This document shows, piece by piece, positions 27,031-40,930 of a stretch of 64,000 nt of DNA (position 1 is its first letter; each line of letters starts with the position of its first letter). This stretch comes from Octopus sinensis (lineage: Eukaryota): positions 13,206,001 through 13,270,000 of the forward strand of contig NC_043024.1 of assembly GCF_006345805.1 (NCBI RefSeq), written 5' to 3'. The notes below the pieces were generated by a model. It made no database searches. It saw nothing but the letters and a program-made list of their open reading frames with translations, and was not told the origin of the DNA. The translations under genes were made by a program, and so were the position numbers.

Positions 27031-27457
27031 TGTATATACATATACATATGTATCTGTATAGATCTATATATAATATATATATATATGTTTGTATATACAT
27101 ATACATATGTATCTGTTATATATAGATATTATATATATATATATATATATAATATATATATATATATATGGATGTACCTCAGTATATACTAATGTGCGTA
27201 ATGTACGTATGTATATGTATGTATATACATATAAACATATATGCATGCATATTCTATATTCACATATATAAATGTGTATATATATGTCTAAATATAACTT
27301 ATAATGTATGTGAATATATGTATAATATATATATATAACATATATAATATATATATATCTATCTATATAGATTTGCTTAATATATAATGTATATATATAT
27401 ATTATAATATATATATATAATATATTATCATATATATAGATTTGCTAATATATAATG

Positions 27458-27504
<47 letters not shown>

Positions 27505-27570
27505 CATAAATATATAATGCTACGCACATATATGCATAATCTGTGTATATGAGCTAGTGTGTGTGTGTGT
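26830..27570. repeat. compound (TA)n array with 4 copies of GTTTGTATATACATATACATATGTATCTG
   Basis: Copies at 26880, 26951, 27028 and 27087. Confidence 0.9.
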
Positions 27571-28252
27571 GTGCGTGCGTGTGTCTGTTTTTAGATATTT
27601 CTTTATTGCGTATGGAAATAGAATGACACATGTATAGAGATCGCGGAATACAGTGATACGCTTAATCATAGATATGGATACGGTCATAAGATACCAAAAT
27701 GCATATAAGAGATATATACTTTAGGAATAAGAGAGAGAGAGAGAAAGAGGGAGAGTGTTAAATAGCGATTGGAGGTGGGGAGAGGGTGACGTGACGTGAT
27801 AAAAATATCAGCTTTAAAGACTATAAAAGAGATATAAAATGAGATATATTGCCGTACGGATAAAGAACTGCACAGAAAAAGAGGATAAAGCGATGGAGTT
27901 TAAAGACTTCAACAAGGAAATTATCAAAGAGGAATTCGTATTTAAAGATGCAAAGATGAGTCGAAACGAATTAATGTGTGTGTGTGTGTAAGGGGGTGGT
28001 GTGTATGCGTATTTGTGCTTGTGTATGGGTTGCGATTATACATATATATATGTATATACATATATATGCACACACACAAACGTATATATATATATGTACA
28101 TACACATATAAGTTGGTGTATAATAATATCGGAAAAGATGTAAAAAAATTATTAAATGGCAGCCACTCATAAGGTGTCAATATCTTCTGTCATAATCTCT
28201 CTCTCTCTCTCCCTCCCTAAACAGACACATACACATCCACACTCACACACAC

Positions 28253-28283
<31 letters not shown>

Positions 28284-28288
28284 TATAT

Positions 28289-28402
<114 letters not shown>

Positions 28403-28696
28403 CACATACACACACATTCCTTCCCTGTATATTGCAAGCCTATTTTTTTCTCCTCCGAAATGAATTGTACTTCATACTCGCGGCTCCGATGAAACGATAG
28501 GATGTTATTTCGGACTCAACCAACTGTTTTTGCATCGTCGACTGGAAACAGCTGTGAGCCAATGAAGTTCATGATATAATCTTTTCCGGTGTTGACTCGT
28601 TTTCAGTTTACTCCTCTAATTTAACATTTTGTTCTAAAACATTCTTTTTTTAATTAGTGCCGTAATCCCCCAGTGGAATATAAATACTATTTATTT

Positions 28697-29114
28697 TCTT
28701 TTTACTCCTTTACTTGTTTCAGTCATTTGACTGTGGCCATGCTGGAGCACCGCATGTAGTCAAGCTATTCGACCCCAGACCATATTTTTTGTAAGCCTAG
28801 TACTTATTCTATAGGATTCTTTTGCCGAACCGCTGGGTTACAGGGACGTAAACACACCACCATCGGTTGTCAAGCGATGTTAGCGGGACAAACACTGATA
28901 CACAAACATATACACACACATACGTACGTACATCTATATATATATATATACGACGGACTTCTTTCCGGTTCCGTCTACCAAATCCACTCACAAGGCTTTG
29001 GTGGGCCCAAGGCTATAGTAGAAGACACTTGCCCAACGTGCCACGCAGTAGGACTGAACCCGGAACCATGTGGTTGGTATGCAAGCTACTTACCACACAG
29101 CCACTCCTACGCCT
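28697..29114 (-). mobile_element. SINE family B, near full length
   Basis: Matches 14567-14993 throughout. Confidence 0.9.
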
Positions 29115-29779
29115 ATAATTTTTGCATCGTGGACCAGAAAAAGCTGGAAGCTAATGAAGTTCATAATATAATCTTTTCCGGTGTTGTCTCGTTTTCAGAT
29201 TATTGCTCTATATTTAGTTAACACTTTGTTCTAAAACTTTCTAAAACATAAATACATATAAATACATTAGCTTTACATGAAATTTGCCTTCTCATATTAA
29301 AGAAAATGCTTCTTTATATCTCTCTTTCTTCTATATTTTCCTCCTCTCCCTCCTCCATATCTCTTGCCTTCTTTGAATCATTAAAATTTTGATACTCATT
29401 AAAACACATTCTTTAAAACATGTTCACCCCTTTCAGAATGACTATCAACTTAAATGTACAGAATGAAATTTATTTAATTCCCTCATTGTTATTTAAACAG
29501 CAATTTCTTATCGTTAATTTTCGAAAACAATTGATTTAGTTTTCGTTCTTCATAAAAAGGAGTGATTCCAATTTATTGACTCATGGTTCGCGCCTCATGC
29601 ATTCCTTCTCCAAAATGAAATGAGTTTGGCAACATTTTCTCGGGGGTTTTCATCGCAGACGAACCATCATCGTTTTTTTTTAATGCAGTGAGTATTAATG
29701 GATCTTAGGAGTTTCTTCAGGGCCAAAAAGGGTCTGTTTTTACAGGCAATATTTGGGAAATTGCATATATTTGATTTTG

Positions 29780-30040
29780 TATTTCTTGCTTGCTTCAGTC
29801 ATTAAACCAGAGCCATGCTGGGGCACCATCGTGAAGAACTTTTTTCAGTCGAGTGAATCGATTGCAATGTTTAATTTTGAAAAAGACTTGTTACTTATTC
29901 AGCTGGTGTAAGAGGGCCGAACCGCTACGTTATAGGACGTAAACACACCAACAACAGTTGTCAAGAAGTTATAGGGAACAACCATAAATACAAATACACA
30001 CACGTGTATGTATGTACAAAAAATAAATAAATAAATAAAT

Positions 30041-30088
<48 letters not shown>

Positions 30089-30235
30089 TATATATATATG
30101 ATGGGCTTCTTTCAGGTTCCTGGTACCAAATCCACTCACAAGGCTTTGGTCGGCCCGTTGCCATAGTAGAAGGCACTTGCGCGAGGAAACACGTGGTTGT
30201 GAAATAAACTTCTTACCCCACAGTCACGTCTGCGC
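29780..30235 (-). mobile_element. SINE family B, diverged
   Basis: CCAAATCCACTCACAAGGCTTTGGTCGGCCC and GGACGTAAACACACCA segments flank a (TA)n. Confidence 0.75.
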
Positions 30236-30689
30236 CAGTATAAATAACGCTGTTAGATGCATTAATAATTAAATACTTCGCACTTAATCTAATGTGAGTC
30301 TCCTTAAATCATGTCCGCACAGAAAACACAGCACACATAAAAGCAGGCATACACACAAAAACACACACATACACTCACACATACACAACACACAAACATA
30401 GACACGCAAGATTTTTGGCATTGGATACCTGCCACACAAAAGCAACAACTTCAAGTGCTCAGTCGATCGTAATCCAATTCCTGTTGAAAAAGTCTGATTT
30501 TCATTTTGTTGAAATGCTAAATATATTTTCCCTTACAAATGCTGATTCCGTTTTTTCAAACGAAAACTGTTTTATGTAACAAAAGACAGGCACGTCCCCC
30601 ATACATACATACACACATACATACGTATGAACGAAAGATTGTATATACACGTACGCACACAAACCTACTCCCAAACATATATATACTCA

Positions 30690-30700
30690 CACCACACACA

Positions 30701-30746
<46 letters not shown>

Positions 30747-31340
30747 GCATACGCATTAAAATACATATATTCACCCCGCCACACATATTTGCTTACGCAT
30801 AAATATATATATATATGAGGGCTCCGGTATACTGTCCGTCTATGAAATTCCTCTCAGATGTTATTGGTGTAATAGAGTGTAGGTAGGCAGAAGCACTTGC
30901 ACTGTGCCTCATACATACATACATACAAGCATGCATAGATACGTACATACATTATATATATATTACATATATTTTTTATATGTATTTATGTACGTATATG
31001 TATATATATATATAGATATATATATGTGTATATTATATAAATATGTATATGTATACGTATACATGTATATAGACATACATATATTTTTATATATATATAT
31101 ATATACTTGTATATAGACATACATATATTTGTATATATATATATACATGTATATACACATACATATATTTATATATACATATATTGATATATTATATATA
31201 TATAAATATGTATATGTATATATATACATGTATATGACATACATAATATTTGTATATATAAACCTATATATAGACATACATACAAATAATTATTTATATA
31301 CATACTTAAATCTATATATATATATATATATAGATATATA
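30690..31340. repeat. degenerate (TA)n microsatellite field
   Basis: Direct inspection. Confidence 0.9.
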
Positions 31341-33684
31341 TATACCTACAAGCACAACAACACACTCTCACTCATATCACTTATCATTGCTGGAATTGCT
31401 TATCTATAATTTTTGTTTGCTTGTTCTTTTCTTTCTTCTGTTTTTTTTTTGTTATATTTCCTGATATTTCGGTCGCAATGTGGAGATCAGAGATTGTGAC
31501 ACACCAAACATGAAAGTGTCTCTCGGTAAAAACATACAAATCAAAGCAGCCACTCGGAGTAAGCGCTTATTTGATTTCTACACATATATATATTTTTTTT
31601 GCGTTCCTGTTATTTGAACAAAAAAAAAACCCCAAAGAGAATAGCAAAATGAACAGAGCAAATATATGTTTGGTGTTGTATAATGTGTATATATTTGTTA
31701 TAGTATAATGTGCGGTGTGTATATTTGTAAATATACGTTGTTTTGTTACTTTGATGGAGACTCATTTTTCAGACAGACACACAGATACACCTTGACACAA
31801 GCACACGCATTCACACTTAGAAACAAAGGCTCACACACACACACATCTGTACATACACACACACACATGAACACTTAGATACAATGTTCACACACACATT
31901 ATATATATATATATATTATATATATATATAGATAGTTATATAGAGAGAGAGGAGAGAGAGAGAGACACCCCCCACAATAAAAAACATTGTACACAATGGG
32001 ACTAACACACACATATATATATATGTATATACACATACGTACACACAAACACTATTATGAGCAAATGGTCGCACACATATACACACACGCACACGCGTAC
32101 ACACTTAAACGCAAATGCTCACGCACATATAAATATCTACACATACATGCAGAAACTCACATAGACAGACACACATACATGTACACAGTGTCTTGCAGAG
32201 AAAGAGCGATCGCTAGAAAGAGAGTGATAAAGAGGGTTTGAGCATGAGAGAAAGAGAGAGAGTGAGGGAGTGAGAGTGAGAGAGGGAGAGTGAGAGTGAG
32301 AGAGGGAGATAGAGAGTTAAAGAGAGTAGGTAAGAAAGACAAAGAGAGCGTTACCCATGCCATACAGTGCGAAGCACGGAGTCACTTTAGTGTGTGCACT
32401 TTGTTATACGTGTATGTATGTAGGAACGGAAGAATACGTGGTCTGTTGGTGTACAGAGGAATTTGTTTTTACTTTTTGTGTAGGAAGTTCTGTGCTCCAA
32501 GTTCTGTGCTGAATTGGTTCTGTGCGTGTATACGGATATGTGTATATGGATGTAATAATATAAACGTCGGCAGAGGAAGATGTTTCCGTAATATTGTTTG
32601 TATGTATTGCAAGCAATGTGCTGTGCGTGGCGGGGTTGGTTTAATATGTATCTGCTGCATACTGGGGTGTAAAACAGTGGGTGTATGTACAAGAAACTGA
32701 GAATGTATGTTGCTATTTTGCGTGTGTGCTTGTATGTATATTGAAGTGTGAATAAATAGCAAAAGCTGCATTTTGAAGTCTGTGTGTGAGTACAGGAAGC
32801 GTGTGTAGTGTTAACTCCATATGGAGGTGTATATTTTCCAAGTGGTTGTACCGAAGAATGTGCGTGTTGATTGCTGAAGACTAGAACGGTGCGTATAAAA
32901 ATAGAAAGAAGGTATGAGTTTATAATGATTTGTGGAGAAGTGTCGGTGTTTATAGAATAATTTGTGGGTCAAAAGAGACTGTGAGTGATGGATAGATGTG
33001 CAGAAACTGTCATTAGAGTTTCCCACCACCCTTTCCGTCTCCACAATTATTTCTCTATCTTTATTTATATTTCTCACTTTCTTCCTTATTACATCCACCC
33101 TATACACACACCTTCTCTATATCTTCCTCTTTCTCTCACTCTCTGTTATAGCGAACGACGTTTCGGATGCTCCATTTATACATTCTCCATTTATACATTC
33201 TTTTCTTAAAACTAGCTTACTAAACGGAGATACACAGCATCATAATTAATCCCGTATCATTAAGTCCCGTGTTCAAATCTTGTCTTGATATCCTTTGTTT
33301 TTCCTTGTTCCAGGGTTGATAAATTCTATAACTACTAATTCTTTGGCTCAGTTAAATCAACTGTCTTTCCTAAGTAACCGCATTACTGATTGCTCTTGTT
33401 AATATCGGAGAACAATATCTGGCTACGGGCTTGTACCTATGGTGATCAGGTCAACCCTGGATCACTGGGAATGCTTGGTTGGGCCTAATTGGGTTTTTCT
33501 CCTGTATCATGACAACTGCCTCACTCATTTTACCACACACTTCGCATACGACATATACTTTCATCTCCTTTGAATGTCTTTTATGTAAACCCTCCCCCAC
33601 AAATTATATATTATCTTTGAGATGTCCCTCGTTGTCTATATTCATGAGGATAATAAAAATAGAAAATATTCAACATCTTTCTCT

Positions 33685-33945
33685 AACTCCAAATTCCGCC
33701 GAAGTTGATTTTAACTTTCATACTATCGGGATCGATGACATAAGATTCTGAGTCGATAAAATAAGCACCAGTGAAACACTGAGGACGATGTAATCGACTA
33801 TTCTCCTCCCCAAAAGTTTGTGCTTATAGTACAAATGATTATTATTATTATTATTATTGGCAGAATTGTTAGAGCGTCGGAAGAAATACATCGTTTTATT
33901 TTGTCCGGCTTTTCCCGTTTTGAGTTCAACCACCGCTAAAGTCCT
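33685..33945 (+). mobile_element. SINE family A fragments
   Basis: CAAATTCCGCCGAAGTTGATTTT body, then a second head TGGCAGAATTGTTAGAGCGTCGG. Confidence 0.65.
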
Positions 33946-34689
33946 CGTTGCTTGTCACCATTTCGAGGGCCCATGCATAAAAGTATTAGCTACGTACATG
34001 CTTGAATATATACGCTAAAACCACTCGTTTTCAAATTTACTGGCATTTTGCTGAAATTACAAGCAAGCATTTAAATTTATATCATTATTATTATTATTAT
34101 TATATTATATTATTATTATTGTTGCTGTTGTTTTCGACACCACCACCATCATCATCATTATCATTTATTAGTTCTAAACTCTGGACTTTATGGAAAGCGT
34201 GTTTGGCAAGAATTTCCGATCTTTCTTACCATCTTTCGTAACACCTAACATCCTTTTAAAGTCTGGGATTATTCCTGTGCCAATATTTTACGGCCTCGAA
34301 TTCCCATTTCGTTTCTGATATTTCAATTTCTTTATAGCTGAATAATTTTTCAGTTTTCTTTACGAAACTATCGACGCCATTCCCTCATAAACACATACAT
34401 TAGCGAGAACCACTTTCTGTCGTTTATAACAACCCTGGTCGATTCACACTTACCTCTTAATATTTACTTGTATTACCAAGACAATCCTGCAATTTTCTTA
34501 TGCTCTACAGTCTCTTAGAAATACTTATTCCAATCTTCCTGCTAGGTCCCCACAACGCCTTATATGTCTGTCTTCGAGTAGGAATTAGCAGTAAACCTGT
34601 CATAACGATATATTCGCCCAGTGTGTTACAGATTCTCTTCAAGCATTTTCAAAAACAATTAATTATTCGCATTTTTATTCGTAATAAGA

Positions 34690-34890
34690 ATGGCAGAGTC
34701 GTTTGCACGTCGAACAAAATGTTTTCCAGCATTTAATCAATCCTTAAGTTCTGAATTCAAATTCCACGGAGGCTTGTAATGCGTTTCATCGTCTTAAGGA
34801 CGAGAAATAAGAGCCAGTCCATTACAGGGGTCAATACAATCAACTATCACCTCTACCACAAAATTTCAGGCATAGTGCTTTGGGTAGAAA
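34690..34890 (+). mobile_element. SINE family A, diverged, tail type i
   Basis: TGGCAGAGTCGTTTGCACG..TTCAAATTCCACGGAGG..AAAATTTCAGGC. Confidence 0.65.
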
Positions 34891-34899
34891 TTATTATTA

Positions 34900-35235
34900 T
34901 CATTTTTATTATTATTATTATTATTATTGAGTGAGAGAACTGCGCATGCCATCAAAGTGATACTGGAGTTTAAATATATGAAGCCCAATATAACTATCAT
35001 GACTACCCGTCATCAGGCACAGGCATCACAACCTTACCCGCGCGACAAATTGTTCTCATATTAAGATAAACAGCGCATCATCCTTGCAGGTGGGACCCAG
35101 TCAGAATTTTCTTCAAGTCGATTAGCACATTTCGCTCAAATAAGACCCTGTATATGAGTTTTTACGGATGTTGAATGAAACAGACGTTTCCAGCGATGAA
35201 TTATTCAAACGCCAAAGAATTCCTCAAGCAATTCT
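34900..35235 (-). mobile_element. possible 3' end of a retroposon with (AAT)n tail
   Basis: Complex sequence ends directly in an (ATT)n run on its left; classification is by resemblance only. Confidence 0.3.
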
Positions 35236-35284
35236 GCCAGATCATCATCATCATCGTCGTCGTCGTTATTATTATTCGTTTCAT

Positions 35285-35455
35285 GTGGCGAGCTTTCAGA
35301 ATCGTTAATACGTCGGGAAAAATGTTCAGTGCCTTTTCGCCCGTTTTTACGTTCTGAGTTCAAATTCCGCCGAAGTCGATATCGCCTTTCACCTTTTCAG
35401 GGTCTATATAACATGCACCAGTTGAACACTGCTGGCCTTGTGCCAAAGTGTGAAA
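35285..35455 (+). mobile_element. SINE family A
   Basis: GGCGAGCTTTCAGAATCGTT..GTTCTGAGTTCAAATTCCGCCGAAGTCGA. Confidence 0.75.
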
Positions 35456-36038
35456 CCATCCTTCTTCTAATTATTATTATTATTAATAGTAGTAGAGGTA
35501 GTAGTCGTAGTAGCAGTAATAGTAGTAGTAGTAGTAGCATCAACAGTAGTAGCGGTGGTTGCAGCAGCAGTAGTAGTAGTAGTAATATTAATATATATTT
35601 TAAAGAACAAAAATCCATTCTCTACATTCTAGGAAAATCTTTATTTTAACAACATGATTCCCTCATCCCACGCCAGTCCCCACCCGCTCGCCACCATCAC
35701 ATCACGAAAAGGAACCAAACAAAAAGCAAACAAATTGAACACCAACTAAAATCCATTACTAAACGTCAATGGAAGAGTGAAATAGAGAGAGAGAAAGGGG
35801 TAGAGAGACAGAGAGAGACAAAGACAGGAGCCGAAAGAGATAGAGAGAGAGAAAGAGAGTGTGGGAGAGTGATGGAAAGAGAGAAAAAGATAGAAGTTTC
35901 GAATATCAATGAGCAGGTTATCTAAGCAATAAAATTAATGCCCTCCAATCTCTGGGATATTAATATATATATATATTTTCAGTTACACGATTTAGGTTGC
36001 TACTTCAAAGAATGAGCAGCTATTGAAGAAAAAAGGCC

Positions 36039-36039
<1 letters not shown>

Positions 36040-36094
<55 letters not shown>

Positions 36095-36247
36095 TAATAA
36101 TAATGATAATAATGATAATAAAAATAACAATAATAATAATAAGAAGAATAACAATAAAAATAACAACAATATAATAAAACAATAATAATAATAATAATAA
36201 ATAGTAGTAGTAGTAGCAGTAGTAGATAATAATAATATTAATAAATG

Positions 36248-36288
<41 letters not shown>

Positions 36289-36406
36289 TACAACAACAAT
36301 AATAAATGATAATAACAATATTATTAATAGTAATAATAAATGATAATAATAATATTAATAAGAATAACAACGAAAACAACAACAACAACAATAATAATAA
36401 TAATAG

Positions 36407-36447
<41 letters not shown>

Positions 36448-36480
36448 GTGATAGTAATAATGGTGTAAGGTTATAATAAT
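36040..36480. repeat. (AAT)n compound microsatellite
   Basis: Direct inspection. Confidence 0.95.
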
Positions 36481-36847
36481 ACGAAGGAAGAAAAGAAATA
36501 TTAAGAATATAAAAATTCAACAAAAGCCACGTATTATGAAAACATTGTGTCGCGTGTAGTTTATTTCTCTGCCACTATACTATACATAATGATCTAATGT
36601 GCGTGTGTGTGTGTGTATTTCCTTTTGTTCCACATTCGTTGTATTTCTAGAATACGTCGGAAAGCCTTGTTCTTCTCATTCAGGGTATATTTTATTATAT
36701 TAAACAAAACATTATGTCCGCACGTATATTATTCGCCACCGCACCGTCATCTCTCTACAAAATTACAACTTTAAATATACACACGTGTGTGTATATGTGT
36801 GTGTGTGTGTGTCTGTGTGTCTCAGTGTGGAAGAGCGCGCCTTTATG

Positions 36848-36895
<48 letters not shown>

Positions 36896-36905
36896 ATATT
36901 ATATA

Positions 36906-36935
<30 letters not shown>

Positions 36936-36936
<1 letters not shown>

Positions 36937-36982
36937 AGACGAGTCTGTGTTAGTCTCTACCTTCTTAAAATTATTTTTGCTC

Positions 36983-37013
<31 letters not shown>

Positions 37014-37299
37014 ATATATATATATGTATATAAGACGAGTCTGTGTTAGTCTCTAACCTTCTTAAAATTATTTTTGCTCATATATATATATATATATATA
37101 TATAAGACGAGTCTGTGTTAGTCTCTAACCTTCTTAAAATTATTTTGGCTCATATATAATATATATATGTATATAAGACGAGTCTGTGTTAGTCTCTAAC
37201 CTTCTTAAAATTATTTTTGCTCATATATATATATATATATATAATATATGTATATAAGACGAGTCTGTGTTAGTCTCTAACCTTCTTAAATTATTTTTG

Positions 37300-37355
<56 letters not shown>

Positions 37356-37415
37356 ATATATACTTATATAAGACGAGTCTGGTTAGTCTCTAACCTTCTT
37401 AAATTATTTTTGCTC

Positions 37416-37449
<34 letters not shown>

Positions 37450-37526
37450 ATATATTATACTTATATAAGACGAGTCTGTGTTAGTCTCTAACCTTCTTAA
37501 AATATTTTTGCTCATATATATATATG

Positions 37527-37563
<37 letters not shown>

Positions 37564-37613
37564 GTATATAAGACGAGTCTGTGTTAGTCTCTAACCTTCT
37601 TAAATTATTTTTG

Positions 37614-37661
<48 letters not shown>

Positions 37662-37864
37662 AGACGAGTCTGTGTTAGTCTCTAACCTTCTTAAAATTAT
37701 TTTTGCTCATATATTATATAATATATATATATATATATAAGACGAGTCTGTGTTAGTCTCTAACCTTCTTAAAATTATTTTTGCTCATATATATAATATA
37801 TATGTATATAAGACGAGTCTGTGTTAGTCTCTAACCTTCTTAAATTATTTTTGCTCATATATAT

Positions 37865-37895
<31 letters not shown>

Positions 37896-37949
37896 TATAT
37901 GTATATAAGACGAGTCTGTGTAGTCTCTAACCTTCTTAAATTATTTTTG

Positions 37950-37985
<36 letters not shown>

Positions 37986-38168
37986 TATATATATTATATA
38001 TATACTTATATAAGACGAGTCTGTTGTTAGTCTCTAACCTTCTTAAATTATTTTTGCAATATATATATATATATATATTTATATAATATATATATATATA
38101 CTTATATAAGACGAGTCTGTGTTAGTCTCTAACCTTCTTAAAATTATTTTTGCTCATATATATATATG

Positions 38169-38199
<31 letters not shown>

Positions 38200-38362
38200 C
38201 TTATATAAGACGAGTCTGTGTTAGTCTCTAACCTTCTTAAAATTATTTTTGCTCATATGTATATATATATATTATATATATTATATGTATTATATATATA
38301 TATACTTATATAAGACGAGTCTGTGTTAGCTCTAACCTTCTTAAAATTATTTGCTCATATGG

Positions 38363-38414
<52 letters not shown>

Positions 38415-38570
38415 ATATGTATATATATTATATATATATATTATACTTATATAAGACGAGTCTGTGTTAGTCTCTACCTTCTTAAATTATTTTTGCTCAT
38501 ATATATATATATATATACTTATATAAGACGAGTCTGTGTTAGTTCTAACCTTTTAAAATTATTTTTGCTC

Positions 38571-38605
<35 letters not shown>

Positions 38606-38667
38606 ATATACTTATATAAGAAGAGCCCGTGTTAGTCTCTAACCTTCTTAAAGATATTTTTTGCTCA
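36936..38667. repeat. tandem array: 19 copies of a 49-bp core separated by variable (TA)n spacers
   Basis: Core AAGACGAGTCTGTGTTAGTCTCTAACCTTCTTAAAATTATTTTTGCTCA counted 19 times; the last copy is divergent. Confidence 0.95.
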
Positions 38668-39499
38668 CGTTTCCTTAGTAGATCTGTATATCTAGTTTTG
38701 AATACGGACTTTCGAAGCACCATTGCAAAAGCCCTCTCGGCTCCATGGTGTAAACAATAAAACAACAGCGGTGAGGTGTTGCTGCCTTTTACATTCAGCA
38801 GCAAATGAACACGAGAATTATGCCCTGAATGATTAAATCATCATCGCCGCTTATAACATTATTTAATGTTTAATTCCACGTTACTTTCCTAATTTATATT
38901 ATCACTGCTTGAGCTTATATTTGGATATTAATTAATATTCCATACCGTTTCTTTTTTTATTTTTCTGATGTTTTGTGAATTTCGGCACGGAATGGTGGTT
39001 TAATCAAGAAATTCTTTAATATCTTTTTCAGTTCGCTTGTTTCATTAAGTTTTCTTTCATATTATCATATTAAAGTATTGCGCTTCGTTTTGAGAAATAA
39101 ATTTCCTGAAGCCATTATCACCCAAACTTACTAATTAAATATAGGAATCTAAAACATGATGTATGTATTCTAACAATAATATTTCATTTCTAAAATTCCT
39201 GCGAAGCATTCTACAGGATTCATAATCGTATATTATAAAACAAGTATTTACTCGTGTTAATTATATATAACACCCCGAAGATATCAGGTGGAAATCTCTA
39301 GAAACATCGATGATTGATTTAAGAATTCAAATGTCTCACAGACATTGCAACAGACCCAAATGGGAATGGAGAAAATACCCTAATAAAAAGAAAGGTAGAA
39401 CAGAACACCATCGACTTCCCTACACATCACACAATTGCTACCCCCACATACACGCACCTATTGTACACAGACGCACACTTACGCATATACATACATTAA

Positions 39500-39528
39500 T
39501 ATATGCATATGTATGCATACATTTATGA

Positions 39529-39562
<34 letters not shown>

Positions 39563-39755
39563 CAATGTAAACAAATATGTGTGTGTATATATATATATAT
39601 ATATTTATATATATCAATGTAAACCAAATGTGTGTGTATATATATATGTGTAAAAATGTGTATATATATTTATATATATATATATATGTATACAAATATG
39701 TATATATATATAAATGTATACAAATATATATGTGTATATATATATATAAATGTTT

Positions 39756-39786
<31 letters not shown>

Positions 39787-39895
39787 CAAATATATATGTG
39801 TATATATATATATAAATGTTTACAAATATATATATATATATATATATACAAATATGTATATATATATATAAATGTATACAAATATATATGTGTAT

Positions 39896-39928
<33 letters not shown>

Positions 39929-39976
39929 GCAAATATGTGTATATATATATATAATGTATCACAATATATATGTGTA

Positions 39977-40011
<35 letters not shown>

Positions 40012-40100
40012 CAAATATGTATATATATATATATGTATGTGTGTATATATGCATACATACATATATATGAATATATATGTATGTGTGTATGTATGCATGC
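39500..40100. repeat. compound (TA)n array with repeated AAATGT(A/T)TACAAAT units
   Basis: Direct inspection. Confidence 0.9.
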
Positions 40101-40491
40101 AGCCACACCACGGCGTTACGTTTTCCCAGCAAAATCCTTCGTGTTTCCTTTCTCTCTATGTCGTTAGGTTTAATGCTTTTCCTGTTTTGTGTATAACTAA
40201 AGAATGTTTTATGAGATTTTCAAATATAACATTGTATTTTCGGAAAATAGAATCTTCACAAACACAGAATAGACGAATGAACTGCTGAATTAAAAGCATA
40301 GAATATGTATTGTACACGGCGAATCAATAATATAACCTAGATATCACTAGATAAATCCCTCCAGAATATACGAAGGGAGATTTTTTTTCTCTCAAAATAT
40401 GAAAATTATGTTTAACATACACCATGAAGAAAAGGGGCTTTAATAATTGGAATACACGCACGCAGACACACACACACAGAAACACTCACAT

Positions 40492-40528
<37 letters not shown>

Positions 40529-40930
40529 CACGTATTAACACAGCCATGAAAAAATAAATGATAAATAAATAATGGACATCCTTTTGAGATAATGTATTGA
40601 ACTGTTTGCGTTTACGATGAAAAAAGGATTTTCTGATAACATTTGTTTTTGAAAATAACCTTCAACGTAGGAGTTGTGTGGTTGTGGATCAACTTGCTAG
40701 AAATAGCAACAAAATATCCTCAAACCTGTTTACAGAACAGTGAGACTCTATGAGGAACCTAGATTTACATTTACAAAATAAATAAATAAACGATGAGGAT
40801 TGTGTTATCAATCAGGGTGCATCTAGAGCAAGGGGGCAGCTGCAGCAACAACAACATCTAATATTGTATAAATTCCTGAAAGCATAGAATTGGAATCGAA
40901 TGGGATCTCATATCAAAAACCTTAGCAATA

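Noticed and set aside
36936-38667. CRISPR array
   Set aside because: Spacers are information-poor (TA)n, there are no cas genes or leader, and the context is eukaryotic.
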